Of a DNA stretch of 64,000 nucleotides, positions 10,780 to 23,022 are shown one piece after another. Each line of letters starts with the position of its first letter. Position 1 is the first letter of the stretch. The DNA is from Trypanosoma brucei. Its lineage: Eukaryota. The stretch lies in assembly GCA_000002445.1 (NCBI GenBank), contig CM000208.1:1152001-1216000 (forward strand), in the 5' to 3' direction. A program made the translations under genes and the position numbers. The notes under the pieces were generated by a model. The model saw only the letters and a list, made by a program, of their open reading frames with translations, made no database searches and was not told the DNA's origin.

Positions 10780-11105
10780 TCACCACTCACTGCAGTTCCA
10801 CTAGCAATTAGTACCAGTCTAATCTACAAGAAAAAATGTGAAAAACAGAAACACAAGAATTTAGTACTTACCTACCACGGTACAAAAAAATTTACAGACA
10901 ACACAAACAACATCAAATCAAAAATATATATCAGAAACTTTACTTAGTATTCTCAATTATCTCATGATCATGTTTAAGTTTACTACAATCCTAGTTTATT
11001 TCTTAAAACCCAAATAGTAACTACCAACCCCTTTCCCCAACACCGCATTAAAAAAGAGGTTTTACTGACGCAGTTACGAGTAAAACGAAAAACTAATTAT
11101 ACCGC

Positions 11106-13646
11106 CTATAGCTTGTCCAGGAAGGTGTCGAGGCCCGGAATGTCTGGTTTGAGGCCCTTGCGTTGGCGAATGCTCAGCACCAGAGTGTTTGCCTGTGACT
11201 TGGGGTCAAGCGGGTCACCAGGGTACTGCTGCCAGTGGTCAAACACACACTGCGGGAATGCCTGGCCTCCGGTTCCGGCACGAAGGTCAGCGGTGAAACC
11301 GAACGACTCGGCGACTGGGAGGTATGCACGAACGTTGTAGATGGGTGTGCCTGGGCGGTTCTCCTCGCCGATAATCACACCACGGCGGCGTGTCAGTACA
11401 CCGTAGATGCCTCCCATGGCGTGCTCCACAGTCTGAATGTCAACCTGGAACATCGGCTCCATCAACCGCGGCGTAGCAGTCAGGCAGCAGGCATAGAACA
11501 CACGGCGGGCAGTGGGGATGATCTGACCGCCACCACGATGGATGGCATCAGCGTGCATCGTCACGTCCTCCACGTTGATCCTCACACCACGCATGTTCTC
11601 GTCACAGAGCACACCCTCACGTGTCGCCCATTGCCAGGCCGCAACGAACGAATCTTTCATTTCCATCATGTTCTGCACACCCTTCGTCACGTCCACAACC
11701 ACGTTGGGTCCGCGATTGTCGGGACCGTAGCACCAGATCTTACGCGCCTCAGCCACATCCCATTCGAACTTGTCCGCAAGGAAGCGGGCACGAGTCTTGG
11801 GGTCCGCCTCGGAGCCGGCATTTGCGCCATCCTCAATCTCAACGCACAGCTCCTCCGTCAGCGGCGCGCCGCGGCAGAATAGACGATTGTGTTTGTTAGC
11901 AGACTTGGAGAGACATTGTATCGACGACACATCCGTCACAGTTTCACGGAACGACACCACAGGTTCTGAGATCTTTAGCGGTGCGCCGTTCATAAAATCT
12001 TCCTGAAGATCCTTGAGGCAAATCTCCAAGTGCAGCTCACCAGCACCAGCAACAATGTGCTCACCGCTTTCCTCAATCGAACACACAACAAGGGGATCGG
12101 ATTTTGCAAGGCGCTTCAGCCCTTCCACCAACTTGGGAAGGTCCGACGGGTTCTTGGCCTCCACAGCAACACGGACGACAGGTGAGACGGAGTATTTCAT
12201 GTCACGAAGCGGGTGCGGGGATTCACCATCGTCAGTGATGGTGGCAGACTTCACAATGTACTTGTCCACTCCCACGAGACCAACAACGTTACCGCACGGC
12301 ATGTCCTCCACGGCCTCCTGGTAGCGACCCATCATCAGCACCGTACGCTGCACCGGCTTGTCCTCGTACAGATCTTGCTTCTTACCATGGATGTAGTTGT
12401 TACCCATGATACGCACCTTCTGACCGCATCGAACCTTACCAGAGAAGATACGACCGAACGCAAAGAAGCGGCCACGATCGGCGGTCGGTACCATCTTGCT
12501 AATGTACAGCATCAGCGGTGCATTCGGGTCGCAGTTCTTGATACCCATGTAGTATTTCTCATCTGGGTTAGACTCACCGGAGTAGAGCATCTCAGCACGG
12601 TAGCTCTGTGCCTTCTTGGGTGAAGGCAGGTGCGCTACGATCATCTGCAGCAGTGTCTCGGCAGCAGGAAGGAACTTCATCATGATAGATTTCAGTAACT
12701 TCTTGGGAACCTGCTCGCGCTCCTCGGTTGTCAGGTTAATGTTGAGTGACTTGAGCATCTTCTCCACCTTCTCAGCCTTCTCTGTCATTACTGCATCGAA
12801 GATCTGGTAGATGGGGTCCAAGCAGAACTGGCAGAACGCGCGACGTACACGCTCACCTGCGGCGTTTGTCTCACTCTTGATCCATTTCTTGTTCTTCGCG
12901 TCAAAGAAGTTATCACCCCATAGTCGCTCACACATCTTGGACTCATCAACACCGAACTTGGATGCGTACATCTTCGCAAAGCGGGTGACAGAGAAGGCCC
13001 AAGCCTGCAGGCCGGAACCAATGGCGACTGTACCCTTCTCGGGGTACACCTGCACGTCACCCATGACGGGGTCATTGTAGGTGGCGATCACAACGTTCAC
13101 GTTTTGCAGTGTCTTCACGAAGCCCTGGTATGCCTCTTCGGGGTCCAGCTGTAGCTCCAGAATAGCACGATCCACCTTGTTGATGAAGACTACGGGGCGA
13201 ATACGCTCAGTCAGAGCCTGGCGAAGCACCGTTTCCGTTTGCACGCACACACCCTCCACACAATCAACGACCACTAGGGCACCATCGGTCACACGGAGTG
13301 CAGCAGTAACCTCGGAACTGAAATCAACGTGCCCGGGTGAGTCAATAAGATTGATCAAGAAGTCACGGCGGTCATCGGGAAGGTCACTGATAATCTCGGG
13401 AGGTACATGGTAATGCATCGAGATGGCAGTCGACTTGATTGTGATACCACGGGCAATTTCGTCCGCACGAGTGTCCATGATACGTTTGTCACCGGCGTCC
13501 TCCATCTTAATGATACCAGCGGCACCGACAAGCGAGTCGGACAGAGTGGACTTGCCGTGGTCGACGTGCGCGATCACGGACATATTACGGATCTGTTCGG
13601 GGTAGTCCATGAGGGCACGGACCTCATCAACGGTGAAGTTGACCAT
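11106..13646 (-). CDS. EF2: Elongation factor 2 (eEF2), tandem copy 1
   Basis: 846-aa translation with GTP-binding motifs [17 protein letters not shown] and NKVDR, plus the C-terminal eEF2 domain IV/V including the diphthamide-region [18 protein letters not shown]. Confidence 0.95.
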   Translation of the reverse strand: MVNFTVDEVRALMDYPEQIRNMSVIAHVDHGKSTLSDSLVGAAGIIKMEDAGDKRIMDTRADEIARGITIKSTAISMHYHVPPEIISDLPDDRRDFLINLIDSPGHVDFSSEVTAALRVTDGALVVVDCVEGVCVQTETVLRQALTERIRPVVFINKVDRAILELQLDPEEAYQGFVKTLQNVNVVIATYNDPVMGDVQVYPEKGTVAIGSGLQAWAFSVTRFAKMYASKFGVDESKMCERLWGDNFFDAKNKKWIKSETNAAGERVRRAFCQFCLDPIYQIFDAVMTEKAEKVEKMLKSLNINLTTEEREQVPKKLLKSIMMKFLPAAETLLQMIVAHLPSPKKAQSYRAEMLYSGESNPDEKYYMGIKNCDPNAPLMLYISKMVPTADRGRFFAFGRIFSGKVRCGQKVRIMGNNYIHGKKQDLYEDKPVQRTVLMMGRYQEAVEDMPCGNVVGLVGVDKYIVKSATITDDGESPHPLRDMKYSVSPVVRVAVEAKNPSDLPKLVEGLKRLAKSDPLVVCSIEESGEHIVAGAGELHLEICLKDLQEDFMNGAPLKISEPVVSFRETVTDVSSIQCLSKSANKHNRLFCRGAPLTEELCVEIEDGANAGSEADPKTRARFLADKFEWDVAEARKIWCYGPDNRGPNVVVDVTKGVQNMMEMKDSFVAAWQWATREGVLCDENMRGVRINVEDVTMHADAIHRGGGQIIPTARRVFYACCLTATPRLMEPMFQVDIQTVEHAMGGIYGVLTRRRGVIIGEENRPGTPIYNVRAYLPVAESFGFTADLRAGTGGQAFPQCVFDHWQQYPGDPLDPKSQANTLVLSIRQRKGLKPDIPGLDTFLDKL

Positions 13647-13828
13647 CTTGGATAGCTTTAAACAAGTGTATGTTCTACGTGAGTTACGAATGGTTGGGGG
13701 AACGACAAAAGGGAAGACGGGAAGAAGGATGTACGCACGCAGGCGGGGGAGCGGTAGGCAGCGAGCGAAGCGGACGGCTCATGTCACCCGTTGCCAACTA
13801 ACAGGTTGTTTAACAGACGCTCCACAAT
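11106..13828. repeat. EF2 tandem repeat unit 1 (2723 bp: CDS plus about 180 bp of 5' flank)
   Basis: Direct comparison: 11106-13828 equals 14266-16988 with one mismatch. Identity starts exactly at the stop codon and ends about 180 bp upstream of the ATG. Confidence 0.9.
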
Positions 13829-14265
13829 TCCTCCAGAAACTGTCATCGAGGCGTTGTTGCAGTGATGCATCTGACCATGGGAACAACATATACGTCCTTT
13901 ATGTTCGGGAGTAATGATTTCTTTCCTCTGTCTTTGACTTGATCTATCTCTCTGTCCATTCTGTATTTTAGATTATCTGAATATATTTACTTACTTTATT
14001 TGTATTGGTGCAGGACTTCCAATTTCCCGCAACTTTGCCCGTACGTCGAGGGAAGCACTCTCCTTAGCACCCCTTACTCCCTTCGATTGCACCTTTATAC
14101 TTCCATTACCTTTACTTTTCATATATGCCCTAATTTTTGGCCACTTTCTCCATTCGGTTTTTTTACGTTAGAAAACAGTGCTATTGATTACCCCGCTTAC
14201 GTTGGTGTGCGCTTAAATCGCCCTCCCGCCCAAACAGTAACACCTATGCACATTGTCCTGGTATG

Positions 14266-16806
14266 CTATAGCTTGTCCAGGAAGGTGTCGAGGCCCGGAA
14301 TGTCTGGTTTGAGGCCCTTGCGTTGGCGAATGCTCAGCACCAGAGTGTTTGCCTGTGACTTGGGGTCAAGCGGGTCACCAGGGTACTGCTGCCAGTGGTC
14401 AAACACACACTGCGGGAATGCCTGGCCTCCGGTTCCGGCACGAAGGTCAGCGGTGAAACCGAACGACTCGGCGACTGGGAGGTATGCACGAACGTTGTAG
14501 ATGGGTGTGCCTGGGCGGTTCTCCTCGCCGATAATCACACCACGGCGGCGTGTCAGTACACCGTAGATGCCTCCCATGGCGTGCTCCACAGTCTGAATGT
14601 CAACCTGGAACATCGGCTCCATCAACCGCGGCGTAGCAGTCAGGCAGCAGGCATAGAACACACGGCGGGCAGTGGGGATGATCTGACCGCCACCACGATG
14701 GATGGCATCAGCGTGCATCGTCACGTCCTCCACGTTGATCCTCACACCACGCATGTTCTCGTCACAGAGCACACCCTCACGTGTCGCCCATTGCCAGGCC
14801 GCAACGAACGAATCTTTCATTTCCATCATGTTCTGCACACCCTTCGTCACGTCCACAACCACGTTGGGTCCGCGATTGTCGGGACCGTAGCACCAGATCT
14901 TACGCGCCTCAGCCACATCCCATTCGAACTTGTCCGCAAGGAAGCGGGCACGAGTCTTGGGGTCCGCCTCGGAGCCGGCATTTGCGCCATCCTCAATCTC
15001 AACGCACAGCTCCTCCGTCAGCGGCGCGCCGCGGCAGAATAGACGATTGTGTTTGTTAGCAGACTTGGAGAGACATTGTATCGACGACACATCCGTCACA
15101 GTTTCACGGAACGACACCACAGGTTCTGAGATCTTTAGCGGTGCGCCGTTCATAAAATCTTCCTGAAGATCCTTGAGGCAAATCTCCAAGTGCAGCTCAC
15201 CAGCACCAGCAACAATGTGCTCACCGCTTTCCTCAATCGAACACACAACAAGGGGATCGGATTTTGCAAGGCGCTTCAGCCCTTCCACCAACTTGGGAAG
15301 GTCCGACGGGTTCTTGGCCTCCACAGCAACACGGACGACAGGTGAGACGGAGTATTTCATGTCACGAAGCGGGTGCGGGGATTCACCATCGTCAGTGATG
15401 GTGGCAGACTTCACAATGTACTTGTCCACTCCCACGAGACCAACAACGTTACCGCACGGCATGTCCTCCACGGCCTCCTGGTAGCGACCCATCATCAGCA
15501 CCGTACGCTGCACCGGCTTGTCCTCGTACAGATCTTGCTTCTTACCATGGATGTAGTTGTTACCCATGATACGCACCTTCTGACCGCATCGAACCTTACC
15601 AGAGAAGATACGACCGAACGCAAAGAAGCGGCCACGATCGGCGGTCGGTACCATCTTGCTAATGTACAGCATCAGCGGTGCATTCGGGTCGCAGTTCTTG
15701 ATACCCATGTAGTATTTCTCATCTGGGTTAGACTCACCGGAGTAGAGCATCTCAGCACGGTAGCTCTGTGCCTTCTTGGGTGAAGGCAGGTGCGCTACGA
15801 TCATCTGCAGCAGTGTCTCGGCAGCAGGAAGGAACTTCATCATGATAGATTTCAGTAACTTCTTGGGAACCTGCTCGCGCTCCTCGGTTGTCAGGTTAAT
15901 GTTGAGTGACTTGAGCATCTTCTCCACCTTCTCAGCCTTCTCTGTCATTACTGCATCGAAGATCTGGTAGATGGGGTCCAAGCAGAACTGGCAGAACGCG
16001 CGACGTACACGCTCACCTGCGGCGTTTGTCTCACTCTTGATCCATTTCTTGTTCTTCGCGTCAAAGAAGTTATCACCCCATAGTCGCTCACACATCTTGG
16101 ACTCATCAACACCGAACTTGGATGCGTACATCTTCGCAAAGCGGGTGACAGAGAAGGCCCAAGCCTGCAGGCCGGAACCAATGGCGACTGTACCCTTCTC
16201 GGGGTACACCTGCACGTCACCCATGACGGGGTCATTGTAGGTGGCGATCACAACGTTCACGTTTTGCAGTGTCTTCACGAAGCCCTGGTATGCCTCTTCG
16301 GGGTCCAGCTGTAGCTCCAGAATAGCACGATCCACCTTGTTGATGAAGACTACGGGGCGAATACGCTCAGTCAGAGCCTGGCGAAGCACCGTTTCCGTTT
16401 GCACGCACACACCCTCCACACAATCAACGACCACTAGGGCACCATCGGTCACACGGAGTGCAGCAGTAACCTCGGAACTGAAATCAACGTGCCCGGGTGA
16501 GTCAATAAGATTGATCAAGAAGTCGCGGCGGTCATCGGGAAGGTCACTGATAATCTCGGGAGGTACATGGTAATGCATCGAGATGGCAGTCGACTTGATT
16601 GTGATACCACGGGCAATTTCGTCCGCACGAGTGTCCATGATACGTTTGTCACCGGCGTCCTCCATCTTAATGATACCAGCGGCACCGACAAGCGAGTCGG
16701 ACAGAGTGGACTTGCCGTGGTCGACGTGCGCGATCACGGACATATTACGGATCTGTTCGGGGTAGTCCATGAGGGCACGGACCTCATCAACGGTGAAGTT
16801 GACCAT
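14266..16806 (-). CDS. EF2: Elongation factor 2 (eEF2), tandem copy 2
   Basis: Protein identical to copy 1. The DNA differs by a single synonymous substitution (16525 g versus 13365 a). Confidence 0.95.
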   Translation of the reverse strand: MVNFTVDEVRALMDYPEQIRNMSVIAHVDHGKSTLSDSLVGAAGIIKMEDAGDKRIMDTRADEIARGITIKSTAISMHYHVPPEIISDLPDDRRDFLINLIDSPGHVDFSSEVTAALRVTDGALVVVDCVEGVCVQTETVLRQALTERIRPVVFINKVDRAILELQLDPEEAYQGFVKTLQNVNVVIATYNDPVMGDVQVYPEKGTVAIGSGLQAWAFSVTRFAKMYASKFGVDESKMCERLWGDNFFDAKNKKWIKSETNAAGERVRRAFCQFCLDPIYQIFDAVMTEKAEKVEKMLKSLNINLTTEEREQVPKKLLKSIMMKFLPAAETLLQMIVAHLPSPKKAQSYRAEMLYSGESNPDEKYYMGIKNCDPNAPLMLYISKMVPTADRGRFFAFGRIFSGKVRCGQKVRIMGNNYIHGKKQDLYEDKPVQRTVLMMGRYQEAVEDMPCGNVVGLVGVDKYIVKSATITDDGESPHPLRDMKYSVSPVVRVAVEAKNPSDLPKLVEGLKRLAKSDPLVVCSIEESGEHIVAGAGELHLEICLKDLQEDFMNGAPLKISEPVVSFRETVTDVSSIQCLSKSANKHNRLFCRGAPLTEELCVEIEDGANAGSEADPKTRARFLADKFEWDVAEARKIWCYGPDNRGPNVVVDVTKGVQNMMEMKDSFVAAWQWATREGVLCDENMRGVRINVEDVTMHADAIHRGGGQIIPTARRVFYACCLTATPRLMEPMFQVDIQTVEHAMGGIYGVLTRRRGVIIGEENRPGTPIYNVRAYLPVAESFGFTADLRAGTGGQAFPQCVFDHWQQYPGDPLDPKSQANTLVLSIRQRKGLKPDIPGLDTFLDKL

Positions 16807-16988
16807 CTTGGATAGCTTTAAACAAGTGTATGTTCTACGTGAGTTACGAATGGTTGGGGGAACGACAAAAGGGAAGACGGGAAGAAGGATGTACGCACGC
16901 AGGCGGGGGAGCGGTAGGCAGCGAGCGAAGCGGACGGCTCATGTCACCCGTTGCCAACTAACAGGTTGTTTAACAGACGCTCCACAAT
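14266..16988. repeat. EF2 tandem repeat unit 2
   Basis: Period 3160 bp. A unique 437-bp spacer (13829-14265) separates the units. The 3' flanks of the two copies (below 11106 and below 14266) are unrelated. Confidence 0.9.
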
Positions 16989-17141
16989 GTTATTGAGCAA
17001 GGAATTTGTTTTATATAGTTATCTACTGATGTCGTGTACTTTACAGTGTCGTTTATCAATGTTGTTGTCATGAGGTGGAGCCACGGTTGTTTGTGATGTT
17101 TTTCTTCTCATGTTCGGTGTGTTTTAGCAGTATCTACCCCT

Positions 17142-18278
17142 TTATGTGACCCACTGTCGCACGAATAGTTTTTCATCTCCGTTTTTTATAGTGTAGCCCC
17201 GTGTTCGCTCGATCCATGTGTACGTGGGCATCCACCCCGGGAAAGCAGCGTTGTATGAGTGAAGTACGCTCTCTGCAAGCGCCTTACTATATAGCTTTGT
17301 GCTTTCGCTTCTGGTCTCTCCCATCTTTGATGCAGTTATAACACTCTCATTCCAACCTTTAACGTTGATATACTGCAAACACTTTGTACCGATGTGTCTA
17401 AACAACTCTCTTAATTTAGAAGCTGTGGGTATGCAATGCTCATTCATGACGAGCAAGCCTTCGGGAGCTAACTTTGCGAATGCTTTCTCTATGAGTTTGT
17501 GTGAGTTAACCATTTTACCCGTCTTGGGTTCAAAAACATCCATAAAAATAAAGTTGAAGTCATCCGGGCAGTCCAGGAGAGCTTCCTCTACCGTTTTAAC
17601 ATGAATGTGCGTGTTCGGATTGCCATCAAGCAGGTTATTTCTGCGGCACGTTCGGACCACGGCAGGCTCAATTTCCACGATGCTAATGTGGGCCTTTACT
17701 CCCAGGATGTGGCGGAGACCAAATTCCATACTATTGCCACCCATTCCAAGAATTAGCACCTTTGTTGTGGCAGAGGGAAAGCTCGCACGGCCGCTTCCTT
17801 CATCTTCATGGACTCCGCACCGTTGCATCATTCCGTGCGTGAGAAAGGCGAAATGCAACATATAACCTGCCACACATTGCATTTGCTCCTGTCGCTGGAA
17901 AAACACGACCGATTGGAGGTTGTAACTTCCGTCATCGCCGGTGATATGAGCGTCTCGGTGGACAAAGTGCATGGACCCGAAGCCAAACACCTCTTCGTCA
18001 CACTGGACTCCTCCTTGTATATCAACGGTGCCGGGCGTCCCAGTTCTTCTGGTGGAAACAACGATATCAGACCGCATCCACACAACATCAACACCAGAAA
18101 ATATCTCACAGGGCTCACGGTCCAGGAGGCGAACATTGCACGACACAAGGGCAGGTTTTCTCTTACACACGGCGCGAAGCTCTACAAGTGCCTTCCAGAA
18201 GGGATACACGCGCAGAATTTCGTTTTTCACGCCGACTACAATATCTTCATTCGGGATTACTTCAACCTTCCCAACCAT
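17142..18278 (-). CDS. Spermidine-synthase-like or class I SAM-methyltransferase-like protein
   Basis: Rossmann-type segment KVLILGMGGNSMEFGLRHILGVKAHISIVEIEPAVV...FNFIFMDVF...GLLVMN resembles the PABS/MTase fold. The ORF track start at 18404 is a likely spurious extension; Met at 18278 (MVGKVEV) is preferred. Confidence 0.45.
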   Translation of the reverse strand: MVGKVEVIPNEDIVVGVKNEILRVYPFWKALVELRAVCKRKPALVSCNVRLLDREPCEIFSGVDVVWMRSDIVVSTRRTGTPGTVDIQGGVQCDEEVFGFGSMHFVHRDAHITGDDGSYNLQSVVFFQRQEQMQCVAGYMLHFAFLTHGMMQRCGVHEDEGSGRASFPSATTKVLILGMGGNSMEFGLRHILGVKAHISIVEIEPAVVRTCRRNNLLDGNPNTHIHVKTVEEALLDCPDDFNFIFMDVFEPKTGKMVNSHKLIEKAFAKLAPEGLLVMNEHCIPTASKLRELFRHIGTKCLQYINVKGWNESVITASKMGETRSESTKLYSKALAESVLHSYNAAFPGWMPTYTWIERTRGYTIKNGDEKLFVRQWVT

Positions 18279-18479
18279 GGAACGCCTGCTGTGTGGACGT
18301 GATACAAAATGCCGCCTTGAAGCTCCAGAAGAAGTAAGGGGAGAAAAAGAAGACCAAAAGAGTACAACACGATAGAAACCGAATAAACTGTAAGCCACAT
18401 TCACGTGACAGTAGACGGAAACTTTTGATTATGCCCTCAGTGAAGTGTTCCCCAATTCTGGTTTCCAATATCAGCATTC

Positions 18480-19205
18480 TTATGGTCCCTCACCCGCTCC
18501 CCCTTTCGGAGCAGTTGAAGGAAGACGTGTAAGGGAGGGCCATATTTTCAACAGCACACGGCCACGGAGACATTCAACGGGCATGGCGCCGGTATGACGT
18601 GAGTCAAAACTCTCTAGAGGATTATCACCCTCGAGCCAGAGCCAAAGCGCTGACTTGTTTCCAGCACGTTCGAGGCATGTGTCCCATTCGTGTGACCTAG
18701 AACTGTTGTCACTATGTGCGCCAGTTTCTTCCTCTCCTCCTGAGTTTTCCGAAGGCTCACCCCCCAGCACCAGCGCCGGTACCGTGAACTGTAAGTTGTT
18801 CCAGTACTGCACGACCGAAGCATCGCTGGTGGTTCGAACGACCCGTTTGCAAACTCTTAACTCCGGTGAAATTTGCATAACAACAATATCTCCCTCCCGC
18901 ACCAACTGCATCTTCGTCAGTTCCCTTGCAAGTAAATGCACAAAAGATGGAATGAACAACACGTAATCACCGGGTATTAGTGTTGGATACATTGACCTGC
19001 CCTTTACTGAGCAGCAGACGTCAACGTTATATCCGATAAACGCCCCAAGAAATATACATGGTAGGTTTCGATTCACCGAAAAAAATCCCCAACGCATCAC
19101 CATGTATGTTGTATGACCCTTCTCCCCTCTCCTTCTCTCCCCCAAACAGGCCTCAAAGCCTGAGGTAGTGAAGACGGTAATGGTAAGAAGAAAAGGAACT
19201 GACAC
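18480..19205 (-). CDS. Mitochondrial inner membrane signal peptidase (S26 family, IMP1/IMP2-like)
   Basis: Catalytic Ser box GRSMYPTL. Conserved C-terminal GDNPLESFDSRHTGAMP...GRV box resembling GDNxxNSxDSRxxG of type I signal peptidases. Start may be the internal Met near 19103. Confidence 0.65.
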   Translation of the reverse strand: MSVPFLLTITVFTTSGFEACLGERRRGEKGHTTYMVMRWGFFSVNRNLPCIFLGAFIGYNVDVCCSVKGRSMYPTLIPGDYVLFIPSFVHLLARELTKMQLVREGDIVVMQISPELRVCKRVVRTTSDASVVQYWNNLQFTVPALVLGGEPSENSGGEEETGAHSDNSSRSHEWDTCLERAGNKSALWLWLEGDNPLESFDSRHTGAMPVECLRGRVLLKIWPSLTRLPSTAPKGGAGEGP

Positions 19206-20173
19206 AACCCGTTGGGTTTCCGTTGCCGATTACGGTCCCCAGTATCTGCACTATCTTGGTCCAAGGAAGAGAAATTCGACGAAGGTATAATGATACGGAC
19301 ACTACAAAGAGGAAAGAGAGCGTTTGATTGTTGTCATCAATAATAAGTCCAACTTCATGGATACCCAAACCCGATATACATTTCACAAACAAAAAAATGT
19401 ACGCATATATGTTCCGTTTTCATTAAATTGTTCTGTGTATCACCACCGGGCATGCGTACCGTGCCTCACAACGTGAAAAACAGGTTTGTGTGCAAGCATG
19501 CTGTGCACAACTCCCTGCACCTTGGTTAGAAACAAACTGAAACCAAACAGCAGAAGCAACAAGACAGTCATATTGCTGATAAATCGGTACAGGAGAGAGT
19601 GCAGCGGAAGTTATAAGCTCTAGCTAACCAAAAAAAAAAGGATCACTAAGTCCAAATCATGGTAGATATATAAACCTCTCATTCCGTTTTACGCATGCAC
19701 AAGCACAATTACACACTTCGCCATACGTGTATGCACGAATCCGCTCCTTCGGTGGAAATGGAACGGCCTTGGCACAACACTAACGATGAGTATGGCCGTT
19801 GAGGCACCCTGGTAGCAAAGAACTTCTCAGAAATCGTCTACTGAATACTCACGTCCTCGTCACAATGCCTTAATGTACTTTTGCCTCTACCAGCCGCATC
19901 GTTTGCCAACCCTCGTTCTTTGTTTGAAAACGCCCACTCTATGGATTTCGCCTGAAATGCAGGGAACGCAGAAAACACCCCAACAATGACGATAGGTCGC
20001 GGGTGATTTGTAAAAATGCAACCCACTCTGCGGCGAACACAACTTCCCTTCCCCGGTCTCCTCCTTTAGTAGCTCTGCCAACCCACACGAGGCTGAGAAC
20101 ACTTTAAACCTATTGTTTCGTATTCTCCCCTTTATTCTTTAATGTCTTCAATGCTTTACAAGCTGCAAGTACC

Positions 20174-21574
20174 TCAAAGATCATTTAGGTGTGGCGCAGG
20201 AACCTTGCGATGCCACGCGTGGGTACCGTACGCTCGTAGAGACTCCTCATTGGGGACAATAATCTCGCGACAGTAAGCAGAACCGCAGAAACACGAAAAG
20301 GGTTTCATGGTATTATCGCAGAAGGTGCAGTAATCCATTGTCAGTTCATCCCCTTTTGCAATGTCCCGGGCCGCGATTACGTTTAGTGAATGGTTCTCAT
20401 CAAAAATACAATTTGGTTCACAGGAATGATTTATGGGTCGCCAACAATTTGGGTCACTATCCCAGGTGACGTAGACGTGTCCATCTGCATCAATGGGCCA
20501 TGCATATTCTCTGAACAGTTTCTTCTTCTCCTCATCCCAGGTCTTCTCAACAAAAGGCCGCGTGACGATAGAAAAGCTTCTTTCCTCATCTTCGAAAACG
20601 AGCCCGCCCTTCGGAACATCCCTCGATGCACGAAGATAATAACCCTTATTTTCGCCACCGAAGCATACCTCAGCGACAGGTGCCAGCGGGGCGCGCTCGC
20701 ACTCCCGCACACACTCGTCTAACAATCCTTCCTGCGAGGCCACAATTGAAAGCTGCGTGCAGAGACCTAATAAAGAGCATCCAACATCTATGTCCTCTAA
20801 AACAAGTTTTTCCGAAGTTGTGCTTGAATTAAAGCGCAGCCGCGCGAAACCGCTGCGGTTCAGCACGTCTTTTGAAAATGCGGCGGCCCATTTTTCTATA
20901 GAAGGCTTCCACTTTTTTATGAAGGCATCATCTTGCTGCCTGGGGGGTTCCGTTGCCACTGCAAAACTCCCAGCGCCCCATACAAGGACCTCCAGCCCCA
21001 TATCCTTTACAGGGCTCACCTCCCAGGCGATCAGTTTGCCATGTGATTGAATGCCTTGACGTACCATACGAAGCAAGGCTGATTTCTTCTCAACAACGGT
21101 TTCAAAACGACTTTGAAGAGGATTTGCATTCCGCAGTTTTACGGGAAGACGGAGCTCAAGATAATCGGTTTGCGTGTCCGCCTTAACGACAGTAGACCGT
21201 GGTAACGGGAGGCCAGCGTAGAAGGCCATCATGAAGAGAACATCTAATGGTTGTCTCAACGTTGCGTAACGACATCCGCCATACAAAATATCGAAATGCT
21301 CAAAGAGAGAGGAGAGAACTTGAGGGCTCGCCAACTCTTCGTCCTCCGCTGTTCCGGTACAGAGGTTCAATGCACAACGGTACAAGTTCCGGGATGCGTA
21401 AATTTCCCGCACGGCACGGTACATGGAAGGGCCGTTGCAGACGGGAAACAATTTAAATGGGAACCTTGCCAACGGAATGAGTTGCGCAGTCATCGCTGTT
21501 TCGCACCCTTTGTCGCAGAACACTGCAACAAGATCTGCCTTGCTCATCCTGTGTTGCAGGGCTTCTGTTTGCAT
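20174..21574 (-). CDS. SET-domain protein (putative protein-lysine methyltransferase)
   Basis: C-terminal SET motifs: RPINHSCEPNC (NHxCxPN), GDELTMDY (ELxxDY), followed by a Cys-rich post-SET segment CTFCDNTMKPFSCFCGSAYC. Confidence 0.7.
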   Translation of the reverse strand: MQTEALQHRMSKADLVAVFCDKGCETAMTAQLIPLARFPFKLFPVCNGPSMYRAVREIYASRNLYRCALNLCTGTAEDEELASPQVLSSLFEHFDILYGGCRYATLRQPLDVLFMMAFYAGLPLPRSTVVKADTQTDYLELRLPVKLRNANPLQSRFETVVEKKSALLRMVRQGIQSHGKLIAWEVSPVKDMGLEVLVWGAGSFAVATEPPRQQDDAFIKKWKPSIEKWAAAFSKDVLNRSGFARLRFNSSTTSEKLVLEDIDVGCSLLGLCTQLSIVASQEGLLDECVRECERAPLAPVAEVCFGGENKGYYLRASRDVPKGGLVFEDEERSFSIVTRPFVEKTWDEEKKKLFREYAWPIDADGHVYVTWDSDPNCWRPINHSCEPNCIFDENHSLNVIAARDIAKGDELTMDYCTFCDNTMKPFSCFCGSAYCREIIVPNEESLRAYGTHAWHRKVPAPHLNDL

Positions 21575-21936
21575 GCAACCAAAAAAAAAAAGGAGCTACA
21601 GTAGTGAGAATTTAGGCGGCTAAACGGAGGAAGAAGGGAACAGACACACGTATACGTGTATGGGCAAGTGCTGCACTACTCAACGCACAGTGTAAACACA
21701 AGCCAGCGCACGCAGCGTGGATATTCGTGCTTATGTGTTGAAAAATAAAATAAAAAGCACGGAAAAACAGCAACTGTTTTCGCGCACAAATATATCCACG
21801 TGGAGTGCGGTTAGAGGCAACAGAAGGTTTATTGAGATGTGGGTAGGAGTACGCCCCAGGGGTTTCTCTTTTCTCCCCACTGGTACCACAGAGTAACAAT
21901 CTCTTTACAACAAACTAAGCAAGGGAAAGGTGTGTG

Positions 21937-22716
21937 CTAAAGAAGAATGTAAAAACAGTAAAAAATAAGCGGCAACAGCACAAGTAGAACCGTGAGCGCG
22001 GTGCCATACACGTAAAAGTAGAGGAGCTTCAGGTGCTCTAAATAATTGACGATCACCTTACCTGTTAACTTACTCTCGCCTACAGTGCGCGCAGCAAAGT
22101 TAAATCCAACTTCCTCATATTTACGAACAGCACACTTAACAAATAGCTCTAGTGCGATTTTGTACCCAATAGGGTTCACAACTTCTCGACCGCGTTGAAA
22201 AACATCGACGCGAAGACCAAAAAAACCCGACATGGGATCACTCAGTGGTGTAAGTGGCCTCGCCAGGAGTCGCGCACCCCACGATATGAAGCGACGGTGC
22301 AACGGCCAGTCCTTGTCAATTTCAACACCGGCTCCGTAACGAGTTCCACAAACGAACTCAACACCAGGTTTTTCAAGTGCCCTCAGCAAACGGGGTACTG
22401 TTTTTGGTGGGTGCTGAAGGTCCGCATCCATTACGAGAATGAAGCTTCCCTTGGATGCGGAAATGCCATGAATTACTGCACTGCTCAACCCCCGGTCGTT
22501 CGTCCTCACTTCGATACGCACACCGTAGCCTTCATTTCGGACTTTCTCCACAACTTCAACAGAACCGTCTCTGGAGTTATCGTCTACAATTACCATTTCC
22601 ACTTCATTCTTGGAAAAACCATCGTCAGCCAGGGCATCAAACACCTGCTTTGTAAGTGGCTCAAGGTTCCCACACTCCTTGTAGGCTGGAACAATAATGG
22701 AATACTTCACCGTCAT
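21937..22716 (-). CDS. DPM1: Dolichol-phosphate mannosyltransferase (DPM1), single-chain type with C-terminal transmembrane segment
   Basis: GT2 signature YSIIVPAYKE...VIVDDNSRDGS...VMDADLQHPP, collinear with DPM1. Hydrophobic C-terminus LTVLLVLLPLIFYCFYILL. Confidence 0.85.
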   Translation of the reverse strand: MTVKYSIIVPAYKECGNLEPLTKQVFDALADDGFSKNEVEMVIVDDNSRDGSVEVVEKVRNEGYGVRIEVRTNDRGLSSAVIHGISASKGSFILVMDADLQHPPKTVPRLLRALEKPGVEFVCGTRYGAGVEIDKDWPLHRRFISWGARLLARPLTPLSDPMSGFFGLRVDVFQRGREVVNPIGYKIALELFVKCAVRKYEEVGFNFAARTVGESKLTGKVIVNYLEHLKLLYFYVYGTALTVLLVLLPLIFYCFYILL

Positions 22717-23022
22717 TGTTCTACTTCCTTGTATTGTACTGCTTTTACCTAAACAAAAATTTCCTTCCGCTCTTCTGTTTTGCTATTCTCCTCCTCTTTT
22801 GGCACTTCTGAGTACAAGAAACCCCGATGAACTACAGGAAAGGTAAAAAATACGTGGAATAAACTGGTGTAGTACAATTATCTTTTACATCCGCTAGCAC
22901 ATCCGCCCTGTTCCCATTCTCCTGGTCCCTTATTTTACAACAATAGAGTTCTGTCTTTCTCCCCTTCAAAAGAAACCTTTATCATCCACCTTCCTACACC
23001 ACTAAAAATACCTTCGCTGGTA

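Noticed and set aside
11235-11882. 215-aa plus-strand ORF (and duplicate at 14395-15042), plus many other 60-150-aa plus-strand ORFs nested in EF2 and other genes
   Set aside because: They are antisense to strongly supported minus-strand genes. High-GC coding regions generate long stop-free antisense frames, and none shows a conserved motif.
14000-14500. 166-aa plus-strand ORF spanning the spacer between the EF2 copies
   Set aside because: It overlaps the 3' end of EF2 copy 2 antisense. Its first half is spacer with pyrimidine tracts, and no homolog signature is present.
19206-20173. About 1-kb spacer scanned for a tRNA or snRNA gene
   Set aside because: No cloverleaf-compatible segment or A-box/B-box-like spacing was apparent by eye. 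This cannot be excluded without a tRNA or snRNA scan.
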